Shown: positions 39,316 through 51,200 of the stretch, in pieces | Numbering within the stretch: the stretch's first letter is position 1 | How the letters are laid out: each line of letters opens with the position of its first letter | NCBI GenBank assembly: GCA_965238075.1 | Contig: OZ250173.1 | Location: 2,432,001 to 2,496,000, forward strand | Direction of reading: 5' to 3' | Length of the DNA stretch: 64,000 nt | Source of the DNA: Candidatus Entotheonellaceae bacterium | GTDB taxonomy: Bacteria > Tectomicrobia > Entotheonellia > Entotheonellales > Entotheonellaceae | Notes under the pieces: generated by a model | Databases searched by the model: none | Told to the model about the DNA's origin: nothing | What the model saw: the letters and a program-made list of their open reading frames with translations, nothing else | Translations under genes and position numbers: made by a program

Positions 39316-39365
39316 ACCGAACCGGCGCGCGGCATCTTGCCGCTACGTGTCAGGAGGAGCCTGCT

Positions 39366-40253
39366 ATGGACGTTCTGTCGTTTTCGAAGGTGCCGACGCT
39401 GAAGCGTCCCATCCTCCTGCTCGCCTTTGCCGGATGGAACGACGCCGGGAACGCCGCGACCTTTGCCGCCAAGTTCCTTTTACAACGCCTGCAGGGTCAG
39501 AAATTCGCTACCCTGGATCCGGAGATTTTCTACAACTTCTCCGAGCAGCGTCCGCACGTGCGCTTTAGCGGCGGTGAGCGGGAAATCATCTGGCCGGCGA
39601 ATGAGTTCGCCTACGCCAGCGACCCGCAACTGGCGCAGGACGTCATCATCGCGCTGGGTGTCGAGCCCCACCTGCAATGGCGTCGCTACATCGATTCGGT
39701 GCTGCACGTGATTGAGGAATACGGGGTGGAGTTGGTCGTCACCCTTGGCGCCCTGCTCGCCGACGTGGCCTATGCCAAGCCAGTTCGGCTGACCGGTTCC
39801 GCCAGCGACGCGGAACTGGCGCAGCGCCTGCGTCTGTCGCCGTCCCGCTACGAAGGCCCGACTGGCATCGTCGGCGTCCTGCACGACACCTGCCGCCGGC
39901 GCGGCTTCCCTGCCCTCAGCATCTGGGCCAACGTGCCCCACTACATCGCCGCCACGCCCAACGTCAAGGCCGCCCTGGCCATCGTCCAGCGGGTGCTCCG
40001 GCTGCTCGATTTCAGCACGGATTTAAGCGATCTCGAGCGCGCTGCCGGTGAGTTCGACCGCCGCGTCAGCGACGTTTTGGCCAGTGATCCCAAGGTTGCC
40101 GAATACGTCCGCCGCCTCGAAGAACGCGATGAGGACGAGGACGACGAAGACGACGACATCGGCAATACCAACGACCTGCCCAGCGGCGACGAACTCGCCC
40201 GCGAGCTCGAAGCCTTCCTCCGCGAGCAGCGCCGCGAGCCGGATGAGGAGTAG
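39366..40253 (+). CDS. PAC2 family protein, copy 2
   Basis: FAGWNDAG, GVEPHLQW, YEGPTG, WANVPHY and SGDELARELEAFLREQ. Confidence 0.85.
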   Translation: MDVLSFSKVPTLKRPILLLAFAGWNDAGNAATFAAKFLLQRLQGQKFATLDPEIFYNFSEQRPHVRFSGGEREIIWPANEFAYASDPQLAQDVIIALGVEPHLQWRRYIDSVLHVIEEYGVELVVTLGALLADVAYAKPVRLTGSASDAELAQRLRLSPSRYEGPTGIVGVLHDTCRRRGFPALSIWANVPHYIAATPNVKAALAIVQRVLRLLDFSTDLSDLERAAGEFDRRVSDVLASDPKVAEYVRRLEERDEDEDDEDDDIGNTNDLPSGDELARELEAFLREQRREPDEE

Positions 40254-40284
40254 GGCAGGGTAGCGGCAAGCGGGTCGGCGCCCG

Positions 40285-41694
40285 TCAGACGCCGGCGATC
40301 ACGGGCATGTCCGCTCTCGATGATGCCCTTTCACCCGCCAAGGCGTAGAGACCGGCTTGGGTTACGCGCACGGGCACCAACTGGCCGATGCAGGAGGGAT
40401 CGGCGGGGAAGTTGATGATCTTGTTGGTGCGGGTGCGCCCGGTCAGTTTGGCGGGGTCTTTCTTGCTGGGTCCTTCCACCAGAACCTCGTAGATTTCCCC
40501 TTCGTAAACCAGATTCGCGGCCAGGGAGATGCGCTTCTGCATGTTCAGGAGGCCCTCGAAGCGGCGTTGCTTATCCGCGTGCGGCACCTGATCGGGCAGG
40601 CCGGGGGCGATGGTACCGGGGCGTTCGGAGTAGTTGAACAGGTAGATGGCGTCGAAGCGCACCAACTCCAGCATGCGGCGCGTTTCCAGAAACTCCACTT
40701 CGGTCTCGCCTGGGAATCCCACGATGACGTCGGTGGAAAGCGCGATATCGGGTACCGCCTCGCGGATACGGGCGATGAGATCGCGGTAGCCCTCGGCGGT
40801 GTAGCCGCGGCGCATCAGTTTGAGGATGCGGTCGGCGCCGGCCTGGAAGGGCAGGTGGAGGAACTCGCAGACTTTGTCCAGCCCGGCCATGGCATCGATG
40901 AGGCGCTGGGTGAAATCCAGTGGGTGGGAGGTGACGAACCGGATGCGCTCGATGCCCGCTACCTCCTGCATGGCTTCGAGCAGGGCGGCAAAATCGGAAC
41001 GATGCGGCCGGAAGTCGCTGCCGTAGGCGTTGACGTTCTGCCCGACCAAGGTGACCTCGCGGTAGCCGGCGTCCGCCAATCCGCGTACTTCGTCCAGAAG
41101 GACGGACATGGAGCGGCTGACCTGCGGCCCGCGGGTATTCGGCACGACGCAGAAGGAACAGCGCTTGTTGCAGCCGTGCATGACGCTGACGAATGCCGTC
41201 ACCCGGCTGTCGCGCTGCACGGGCAGGGCGCCGAGGTCGCCGTCGAGCACCTTGTCGGTAATCTCCAGAACGGGTTCGCCCGCCGTCTCGACCTGTTGCA
41301 CCAAGTCCAGCACGCGGCTGACGTTCAAGGTGCCGAACACCAGGTCGACGTACGGCGCCCGCTCCAGAATTTCCCCCCTGGCGCGCTGCGCGATGCAGCC
41401 GCAAACGCCGATCATCATGCCCGGGCGCTGCTGCTTGAGGCGCCGGAGACGGCCCAATTCACTGTAAAACTTCTGCTCCGCCTTCTCGCGGATGCTGCAC
41501 GTGTTCATCAGCACCAGATCGGCCTGTTGCGCGTCCGGCGTGAGTTCGTAGCCGCCCTGTCTGAGCACCCCGGCCATGCGCTCGGAATCGTACACGTTCA
41601 TCTGGCAGCCGTAGGTGATGATGGAAAGTTTCTTCGTCGAATGCCCCTCCCCTTGAGGGAGGGGTCGGGGAGGGGAAATGGTCTTCGTTGTCAT
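40285..41694 (-). CDS. miaB: tRNA-2-methylthio-N6-dimethylallyladenosine synthase
   Basis: TYGCQMNVYDSE, NTCSIREKAE, GCNKRCSFCVVP and a TRAM domain. Confidence 0.95.
   Translation of the reverse strand: MTTKTISPPRPLPQGEGHSTKKLSIITYGCQMNVYDSERMAGVLRQGGYELTPDAQQADLVLMNTCSIREKAEQKFYSELGRLRRLKQQRPGMMIGVCGCIAQRARGEILERAPYVDLVFGTLNVSRVLDLVQQVETAGEPVLEITDKVLDGDLGALPVQRDSRVTAFVSVMHGCNKRCSFCVVPNTRGPQVSRSMSVLLDEVRGLADAGYREVTLVGQNVNAYGSDFRPHRSDFAALLEAMQEVAGIERIRFVTSHPLDFTQRLIDAMAGLDKVCEFLHLPFQAGADRILKLMRRGYTAEGYRDLIARIREAVPDIALSTDVIVGFPGETEVEFLETRRMLELVRFDAIYLFNYSERPGTIAPGLPDQVPHADKQRRFEGLLNMQKRISLAANLVYEGEIYEVLVEGPSKKDPAKLTGRTRTNKIINFPADPSCIGQLVPVRVTQAGLYALAGERASSRADMPVIAGV
41644..41676 (+). repeat. 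CCCCTCCC..GGGAGG palindromic repeat, copy 3, inside the miaB 5' coding region
   Basis: CCCCTCCCCTTGAGGGAGGGGTCGGGGAGGGGA; translated as SPPRPLPQGEG. Confidence 0.7.
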
Positions 41695-41766
41695 GCGGTA
41701 TCCTCAGAGGGGTTGATGATTCTGCTCCCGCTTTGAGTTGAACATTACGCAAATCGAAGCGACGGC

Positions 41767-41997
41767 TCAAGGCATCTCGACCGAATGTTGTCGGCAGACA
41801 TTGTTGGAATCACGTCCATTAAAAGTCAACATCGGCGCAATGGCAACGTTCGTATCTTCAATCGTACGGAGACAGCATCGACAAGGCTGATCCGGCGGCG
41901 CGCATTCCTTGCCATCGCCTAGCACCTCGACTCGATAGGACGGACCATTGAGCAACTCCGTGTTGTCGGACCTGGCGATGGCATCGGACCGCGCCAT
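41767..41997 (-). CDS. Hypothetical protein or gene remnant
   Basis: GGAG RBS-like sequence before ATG; AT-richer than flanks; no recognised motif. Confidence 0.3.
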   Translation of the reverse strand: MARSDAIARSDNTELLNGPSYRVEVLGDGKECAPPDQPCRCCLRTIEDTNVAIAPMLTFNGRDSNNVCRQHSVEMP

Positions 41998-42025
41998 GTT
42001 CCGGCGTCTCCGGGGCCAGGGCTCA

Positions 42026-42052
42026 ATTTCCGATTAGGTGGTTATGTCAAAT
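42026..42052 (+). other. dif-like Xer site A
   Basis: ATTTCCGATTA-GGTGG-TTATGTCAAAT (near-canonical XerD arm, 5-bp spacer). Confidence 0.6.
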
Positions 42053-42165
42053 CGGCGCGGCAACGTTGTGGTTGCAAGCGGAAAAGAAGTGCCTCGCCAA
42101 GCATCTGGGCTTGTCAGGGCATCCTTGCATGGGGAGGCGTGCCAGAATGACGAGCTCCCTGGTCA

Positions 42166-42194
42166 ACTTCTGATAACCCTGGGTTATGGTGCCT
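42166..42194 (+). other. dif-like Xer site B
   Basis: ACTTCTGATAA-CCCTGGG-TTATGGTGCCT (good XerC arm, degenerate XerD arm, 7-bp spacer). Confidence 0.5.
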
Positions 42195-42201
42195 TTGGCG
42201 T

Positions 42202-42700
42202 TCAAGTAAGCTCCGCTTCGTTGAAACCACGCTTATCGAGAAGCTCCTTGAGTTCCTCACGCGACAGGGACGCGATCATCTTGCTGGTCTCGTTTATTCT
42301 TCGTTGTCGCTCTCTGTCTTCGTCCGAGTATGGGATGGAGGCAATTCGCTTCAGTACGACGGCAGGTGCCTGATCACATTGCATGAGATCTCCCCTCATT
42401 GGTATGCTCCAGTCGTCTTGGCTCAATAAAGCTCGTCTTTTGAACTAAGTCGGCTCAACGGTGCCACGAACACCACAATACTTGTGAGTTTTTCTCTGCT
42501 ATGACGAGCTTTCCTTCGAGCTGCGCTTGCTTTGCGTCCTCCATCATTTCTTCCGGTATGCCACGCCAGTCTTCTACTCCACCCAGAACCCACCCGTCTC
42601 TATCTGATTCGTCTCGTAGCCATATGTCTCGTTGCCTCACTTTGTTAAGTTTGACGCCGCAGTGCTCTTGAACCGCATCTACAACGCACTTCCGATCCAA
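42202..42700 (-). pseudogene. Fragmented hypothetical gene (ORFs 42455-42700 and 42202-42426)
   Basis: Two adjacent same-strand AT-richer ORFs with weak TTG starts, bounded by dif-like sites B and C. Confidence 0.4.
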
Positions 42701-42729
42701 GGTGTCGAACTTTCCCGCGTGTCTTCTTC

Positions 42730-42757
42730 CTATCTGTAAAGCCCTTTTATGTCGCCT
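42730..42757 (+). other. dif-like Xer site C (degenerate)
   Basis: CTATCTGTAAA-GCCCTT-TTATGTCGCCT; the right arm resembles that of site B. Confidence 0.35.
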
Positions 42758-42813
42758 TCGGACGCAAAAAACGCCTCCTTTTCCGCTTACATCACGTCAG
42801 GGAGTTACCGGCT

Positions 42814-43890
42814 CTAAAGGTTCCAGCGCAGCGCTACATGAAAGCCCACATCTGGCGCTGCCCGCCGCGAGCCGTCATCTTCCGTCACTGCAATTTCGAG
42901 TGTCGCGTGTTCCGAGATTCTCAATGCACCGCCCATGCCGAGAATGACAGCCGTGTCGGCCAACGGTGCGACCGTCGCGTCACTGTAGGGCGATGTGTGG
43001 ACATCAATCTGCGTTGTTAGTGTGAGTCGATCGAAGGGCCGCCAAGTGATACCGAATCTTGCGAAGGTCATCACCCGGTTGCCAAGCTCCGGAAGACCTT
43101 GGGGAGTCTGCGCGGCCAATACACCCAGCGTCGCCGCGTAGAGCCAGGCGCGCGCCTCGTCCGCTCCGGGGAGGACGCCCGACGTTTCAGCCCAGAGAGA
43201 CCCTGAGAAGCTGCCAGAACCCGCAAGGGAGTTGTCATTACCGGTGGGAAGCTTGAGGCTTGCCCGGAACGCAAGACCGTCATTAGCCAGCGGCGACGCC
43301 GGTAGGGCATAACCAATCCCGATGCTGATGTCACCAAGAGACGCCGTATTTTGGCGGATATCGATATGGGTCGAGGCCTCATCGGCGTAAAACAGTACGA
43401 GGCGGTCCCGTGGCGCCCGGTCCCGGCTGCCCTGCGGTAGGCCAAAGACGTTGTGCCAGTTCTCGATGAATCCATCGAATAGACCGGAGCGGTGCGCAAC
43501 GGAGGAGACGTCGACGAAGTACTCCCAGCGTTCCGCAAAGCCCTGCCGTATGGAAAGCCCCAGCCTGTATGTCTCGCCGTCGAGCAGGACCCGCTCTGCA
43601 CCTGCCTTGGCTGCAAGCAAGTGCGAGGCGATATCGAGCGACAGGATCGCTTCCGTTTCCTGCGGCGTTGTAACGCGGGTCCCGAAGGATCCGGGGACGC
43701 CGTGAACAAGCTGAAACGGGTTGAGGTTCACCATGCGCAACGGCGTGGCAACCGCGCCCCATTCGGTTTCACCTGACACCGCTGACACTGACGATCCTGA
43801 GAGCACGACAGCCAGAAGTACGGCGAGAACGACATCCCTTGCGAGAAGGACACGCCCCGGTGACAGTCGAAAGGGTGCATCACCTGACAT
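42814..43890 (-). CDS. DUF3187-like outer-membrane beta-barrel protein
   Basis: Signal peptide, N.NPF, LDGE, D.FIENWH..FGLPQG.R, LKLPTG and an aromatic C-terminus. Confidence 0.75.
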   Translation of the reverse strand: MSGDAPFRLSPGRVLLARDVVLAVLLAVVLSGSSVSAVSGETEWGAVATPLRMVNLNPFQLVHGVPGSFGTRVTTPQETEAILSLDIASHLLAAKAGAERVLLDGETYRLGLSIRQGFAERWEYFVDVSSVAHRSGLFDGFIENWHNVFGLPQGSRDRAPRDRLVLFYADEASTHIDIRQNTASLGDISIGIGYALPASPLANDGLAFRASLKLPTGNDNSLAGSGSFSGSLWAETSGVLPGADEARAWLYAATLGVLAAQTPQGLPELGNRVMTFARFGITWRPFDRLTLTTQIDVHTSPYSDATVAPLADTAVILGMGGALRISEHATLEIAVTEDDGSRRAAPDVGFHVALRWNL

Positions 43891-44059
43891 GGGCGAAAGA
43901 CCTTTCATTGAACGTGGGGAGCGCCTTCCTGATCATGATCCATCTGCCTACTACAGTGACCATCGGGCGCCAAAGCAGTCGCCGAATCTCCGGCAACCGA
44001 ACACCATCAGCCATCAAGAGCCGCTCGCTACGCCACGCGGATCCGCACCCAAAACCATA

Positions 44060-44087
44060 ACTTCCGATAAAGCGTTATATGTTAACT
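44060..44087 (+). other. dif-like Xer site D (best match, candidate chromosomal dif)
   Basis: ACTTCCGATAA-AGCGTT-ATATGTTAACT: 11-6-11 layout, very AT-rich in GC-rich DNA. Compare B. subtilis ACTTCCTAGAA-N6-TTATGTAAACT and the E. coli XerD arm TTATGTTAAAT. Confidence 0.65.
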
Positions 44088-44364
44088 TTCTCAGGCGCTG
44101 AAACCCATGCCGTTATTGGACTTGCGCGATTTGGCGCCGCAGGCCCCCAGAACGCCCCACCGCGGGCAGCGAATCGGGGGATTTCGCCCGGATTCGGTGC
44201 GGAGAGAGCCGCGGAAAATAGCGCCTTTTGGTGCCCAGGTGGGGAATATCGAGCGGCCGCTCGCCGTCGAAGTCGCCGAACCCGCGCCCATGTCCCCGCG
44301 GACGCGGCGCGAGACTAGGTTCAGGCTCTTGGCGTGCCGCTAACACGCCGGTGCCAAAAACTCG

Positions 44365-44653
44365 TTATTCGGCGTTTTCGGGGCCAATACCGGCTTTTTC
44401 TTCGAGGCGCGTAACCCGTCCCCTCGAAGACGCGCAGCGCCTCAAATATCTGATCCAACCGTTCGTCAACGCGATCGAATCGCCGGTTCATCTCCGCCTG
44501 CATCTCGTCGAACCGACGATTGGTCTCAGCCTGCATCCGGTCCATGCGCTCGTTCATGGTGTCCAGCCGCCCGTTGACTTGGTTGAACATGGTCACCATC
44601 GCTACGAACAAACCCACCAGAAGCACATTGTTACTGATCGTCTTCCAGTCTAT
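44365..44653 (-). pseudogene. Degraded small membrane-anchored coiled-coil repeat gene
   Basis: AGGAGG RBS followed by ATA (lost ATG?) and DWKTI. Repeats NRRFDEMQAEM/NRRFDRV. An extra base in the run 44420-44423 breaks FEG-RVTRLEEKAGIGPENAE*. Confidence 0.6.
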
Positions 44654-44824
44654 ATCCCCTCCTGCCTCAATCCGACCAGCCCCGACTCATTGGGTGTCGC
44701 CCAGGTCTTCTTCGGTTTCCTCCTTGTCGCCGAAACCCTGCCAAGGGGCACCCTTGCGGCGTCCGATCGCCGTCATTCAATCCTTCGCCCCGACTGTCGG
44801 CCTTCCCGTCAGCAGGGGTTGAAC

Positions 44825-45481
44825 TCATCGCGAGCGCTGCACGCCGACGCGCTTGCAGAATGACACCACCGGGCACTGGCTGCACATTGGTGAGGTCGGC
44901 TTGCAGCAGTGTTGGCCCAACGCCACAAGCATGGGGTTGTAGGTGATCCACAGGTCGCGCGGCAGCTTCTTGCGCAACGCCATCTCGGTGCCCAGCGGGT
45001 CCTTCGTCTTGACGTAGCCCCAGCGGTTGGAAATGCGGTGCACGTGCGTGTCGACGCAAATGGCCGGGATGTTGTAGCCCTCGGCGAGAACCAGGTTTGC
45101 CGTCTTGCGCCCCACGCCGTGGAAGGACGTCAGGGTGTCGATGTCGTCGGGAACCTGGCCGTCGAATTCATCCATCAGCCGCTGCGAGATGGTCAGCACC
45201 TGCTCGGACTTGTTGCGATAAAAGCCGACGGGGTAAATCGCGCGCTCGATGGTTTTCTGGTCCAGTTTCAGCATGGCCTCCGGCGTGTCTGCCAGGGCGA
45301 ACAGGCGCTGCGCCGCCGGCCCGGTCGTCTGGTCCAGGGTCCGCAGGCTGAGCAGCGTGGCGATCAGCACCCGGTACGGGTCGCGGTGCTCCTGCGCCAT
45401 CAGGGTAATCACCGGCGCATCCCAGTGCGGCACTTCACGCTGCAAAACGGCCAATGCTTCGCGCACTTGTTGACGTGTCAT
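44825..45481 (-). CDS. nth: Endonuclease III
   Basis: HhH motif GVGRKTANLV, VDTHVHR and the C-x6-C-x2-C-x5-C 4Fe-4S motif. Confidence 0.93.
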   Translation of the reverse strand: MTRQQVREALAVLQREVPHWDAPVITLMAQEHRDPYRVLIATLLSLRTLDQTTGPAAQRLFALADTPEAMLKLDQKTIERAIYPVGFYRNKSEQVLTISQRLMDEFDGQVPDDIDTLTSFHGVGRKTANLVLAEGYNIPAICVDTHVHRISNRWGYVKTKDPLGTEMALRKKLPRDLWITYNPMLVALGQHCCKPTSPMCSQCPVVSFCKRVGVQRSR

Positions 45482-45561
45482 GGCATTCCAATCGGCGGGG
45501 GGATGTTGAGAGGCGGGATTATAGGTTAGACGGCAAGCGGCCTACAAGAACAAACGCCCGC

Positions 45562-48307
<2,746 letters not shown>

Positions 48308-48311
<4 letters not shown>

Positions 48312-49486
48312 ACCTTCTCCTGGAAGATGCCGATGCTCGCCGTGAAGCCGTGCAGAAAATTGCTGGTGCCGATGGGGCCAATTTCGCCGTTGCAAAAGAA
48401 CCCGGCGCTTGGGATGTCGCCGGTGGCGGCGGCAATCATCTCGCTGTCGTGGTTCGGCTTGCCGTACAGGTGGGCGCCGCGCCCGTTGCAGGAAAAAACC
48501 AGCGCCGCCTGCGCTGGCCGGTCGGCCAGCTTGGGCGTGAGGGCCCCCATCATCTTGGTCAGATCTTCCCGCGCGGTGTCGGCGTCGCGTACGTGCAGTT
48601 GCACCGTCTGACCGGGCCGGGTCGTTTCCCCAACCGCAATGGCGCCGCTTTTGGGGTCGGCGCCGAGCAGGGTGCGAATGAGAAAATCGCCGCGCTCGAA
48701 GGTCTCCTTATACTCGTCCACCACGCGCCCGATGAGCAGCGCCGTGCGCGCCAGTTCCTGGTCCTCGGGGGACAGCTCGCCGACCGTCTCGCGCGCCACT
48801 TCCAGGGCCGGGCGGCCGCTCAACTCGTAGATGATCTGGTCCTCGCAGCGCGTCACGAACTGCGGCCGGCCGATGGGCTTGCAGCCCTGCGATACCACGG
48901 TGTGCATCACGAAGTCCCCTTGCAGGGCAATCCCGACGGCGCCGTGTAGCACCTCGCCGTCCAGAAACAGCGCGCAACTGCTCTGCGACTGGCCGCCGCT
49001 GGCCAGGCCGCCCAGCACCGGGCGCAGGGGATAGGCGCTGTTGAACACGTCGAGCAGCTTGCGGGGGTCGATGACGTAGGGATCGGGCAGCAGGATGAAG
49101 GTCGGCTTGTCGTCGGGCGGCAGCCCCAGCCGGTCGTGCCAGTAGCTATCCGACGTTTCCTGCTCCAGCTCGGGCTGCTCGATATGAAACGGCGTGATGG
49201 TGACGCCCGGCAGGTGGGCCGCCATCAGGGACAGGCCGGGCCGTTGCTCCACCTCCTGCTGATCGCCGATCACGCCGCCGCCGGTGCAGCCAATCAGCGT
49301 GTGGCTGGACAACTGCTCTTGCATGACCTGCAACTGGTTTGGGAAATCTTTCAGGTGGTGGGGGGAAGCGAAGACAAGGCTCAGGTGGGCAGACTGTTCG
49401 GATAACTGGCTGGTTACGCTGTCCAATACCTCCGCAACCGCCGCTGCGGTTTGCACCTCGCGTGACATGGCACTGGCAAACTGCAT
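48308..49486 (-). CDS. FIST N/C domain signal-transduction protein
   Basis: IGCTGGGVIG, GGLASG, VSQGCKPIG, FSCNGRG and GFFCNGEIGP. Confidence 0.9.
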
Positions 49487-49509
49487 GACATGGCTCCTCT
49501 GTTACGTCG

Positions 49510-50448
49510 CTATTCTTGCGGTTGCCACAGGTGAGTGCTGGCGTAGCGCTCGCCCAGATCGTTGAACAAGGTGACGATGCGGCCCCGTCGCACGCGCGCG
49601 GCAACCCTGGCCACCCCCTGCATGTAACCGCCCGAAGACTGGCCGACGAAAAACCCCTCGCGCGCCAGGCGCCAGCACATGTCGTACGCTTCTTCGATGG
49701 TGACGTCCACGCGCTCGTCAATGACGCTCTGATCGAGAATGGCCGGCACAATGGCGTCGGGCGCGCTGAGCGGCTTCAGCCCTTCGATGCCGGGAAACTC
49801 TTCGGGGATGATGGCGATGACCTTGATGGAGGGGTTGTACTCTTTCAGCCGCCGGCCGATGCCGGTGATGGCGCCGCCGGTGCCGATACCGCCAACGAAG
49901 TGTGTTAGTTGGCCACCGGTTTGCTCCAGGATTTCCAGGGCGGTGCCGTGATAATGCGCCTGCCAGTTACTCGCGTTGCCGTACTGGTCGGCAAAGAAAT
50001 ACCGCTCCGGCTCCTGGTCGGCCAGGTGATGCACCTCGCGCAGTGCCTCGTCGTAGCCCTTCAGTGCGTCGGTGGTGATGAGGTTTGCGCCGTGCGCCAC
50101 GATGCGTTTGCGGCGCTCCAGACTGGCGTTTTCGGGAACCACCAGGGCCACGGGATAGCCGAGGGCGGCACCGAGCATGGCGTAAGCAATGCCGGCGTTG
50201 CCGGAGCTCGAATCCAGAATCGTTTTGCCGGGACACAAGGCGCCGTTGGTCAACGCATCCAGCAGAATCTGCCGTACCGGGCGATCCTTCAGCGACCCTC
50301 CGGGGTTGAAATACTCGAGCTTGGCAAACACGTCGATGTCCGGCAAGGTGTCGCGCAGGACGTTCACCTGAACCAGAGGGGTGTTACCGATCGTTCCCAA
50401 GAGGGGGTACTGCTCGATCAGTTGTTTGTGATCACTCGGGGTTGGCAT
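49510..50448 (-). CDS. PLP-dependent cysteine synthase family (CysM-like)
   Basis: IGNTPL, KLEYFNPGGSLKDR, SSGNAG, GTGG and IEG. Confidence 0.88.
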   Translation of the reverse strand: MPTPSDHKQLIEQYPLLGTIGNTPLVQVNVLRDTLPDIDVFAKLEYFNPGGSLKDRPVRQILLDALTNGALCPGKTILDSSSGNAGIAYAMLGAALGYPVALVVPENASLERRKRIVAHGANLITTDALKGYDEALREVHHLADQEPERYFFADQYGNASNWQAHYHGTALEILEQTGGQLTHFVGGIGTGGAITGIGRRLKEYNPSIKVIAIIPEEFPGIEGLKPLSAPDAIVPAILDQSVIDERVDVTIEEAYDMCWRLAREGFFVGQSSGGYMQGVARVAARVRRGRIVTLFNDLGERYASTHLWQPQE

Positions 50449-50610
50449 GATGCTGTCTCATTTCGTGCGTGTACGGCGCTGTGTTGAGGGTGAGGATATC
50501 TTTTGCGAGCTCTGAGCGTCTTGCGCCTCGGGGCTGTGCGTTAACATGCTTGGTTGCCGATGCTACGTTGCCCGGCCATTGACGGAGCCCGTTTCAGCGA
50601 AAGCTGCCCC

Positions 50611-51178
50611 ATGCCCATACCCCCACAGTCCCAGATCGTTGGTTGTTACCTTTCTGGCTTTGTTGATGCTGTCTGGCCGCGCCTCCGAACGTTGCGGCGC
50701 AAGCCCAGCCGGCTGGCGGAGACCCTGGGCAAGTCTATGTGTTTGGCACGCACCTGTTTCGGCTTGGGGACTACTACCGCGCCATCACCGAGTTGAAGCG
50801 GTTTACGCTGCTGTTTCCCCGGCACCGACAGCACGACGCGGCGCAAGTCCTCATCGGCTTGGCCCTGCAAGGCGACGCGGCCTACGGCGACGCCCGCGCT
50901 CATTTTCAGAGGCTGAGCCAGTTTAATGGGGAGATAAGTGGCGCGCAAGTGGCGTCTTCAAGCTCGGCGAGCTCCCCTTCGAGCAGGGCCAGTACCAGCT
51001 CTCCGCACGCAATTGGCAACGCTTTCTGAACGACGCCCCGCAGAGTCCCCTCGCCCGGCGGACAGCGTATCTCCTGGACCCGGCGCGCCATAAGTCACCT
51101 ACCGCGGCTGGTGTCCTTTCCGGCGTTCTGCCAGGGGCCGGGCATCTGTACATCGGCAAGCCGCCATTCTCCTTATGA
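50611..51178 (+). pseudogene. Frameshifted, truncated TPR lipoprotein-like gene
   Basis: Fragments in different frames: LF..GDYYRAITELKRF...; FKLGE..FEQGQYQ...HKSPTAAGVLSGVLPGAGHLYIGK followed by an early stop. Confidence 0.6.
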
Positions 51179-51200
51179 TTCGACCGGACACGGAAGCATT

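Noticed and set aside
41736-41760. Possible fifth, inverted dif-like site (AGTTGAACATTACGCAAATCGAAGC) at the edge of the accessory region
   Set aside because: It needs several indels to fit the 11-6-11 layout and is too degenerate to support.
50458-50547. 29-codon ORF upstream of the cysteine synthase as a leader peptide or sulfur carrier
   Set aside because: It has no Cys codons, no C-terminal GG and no RBS.
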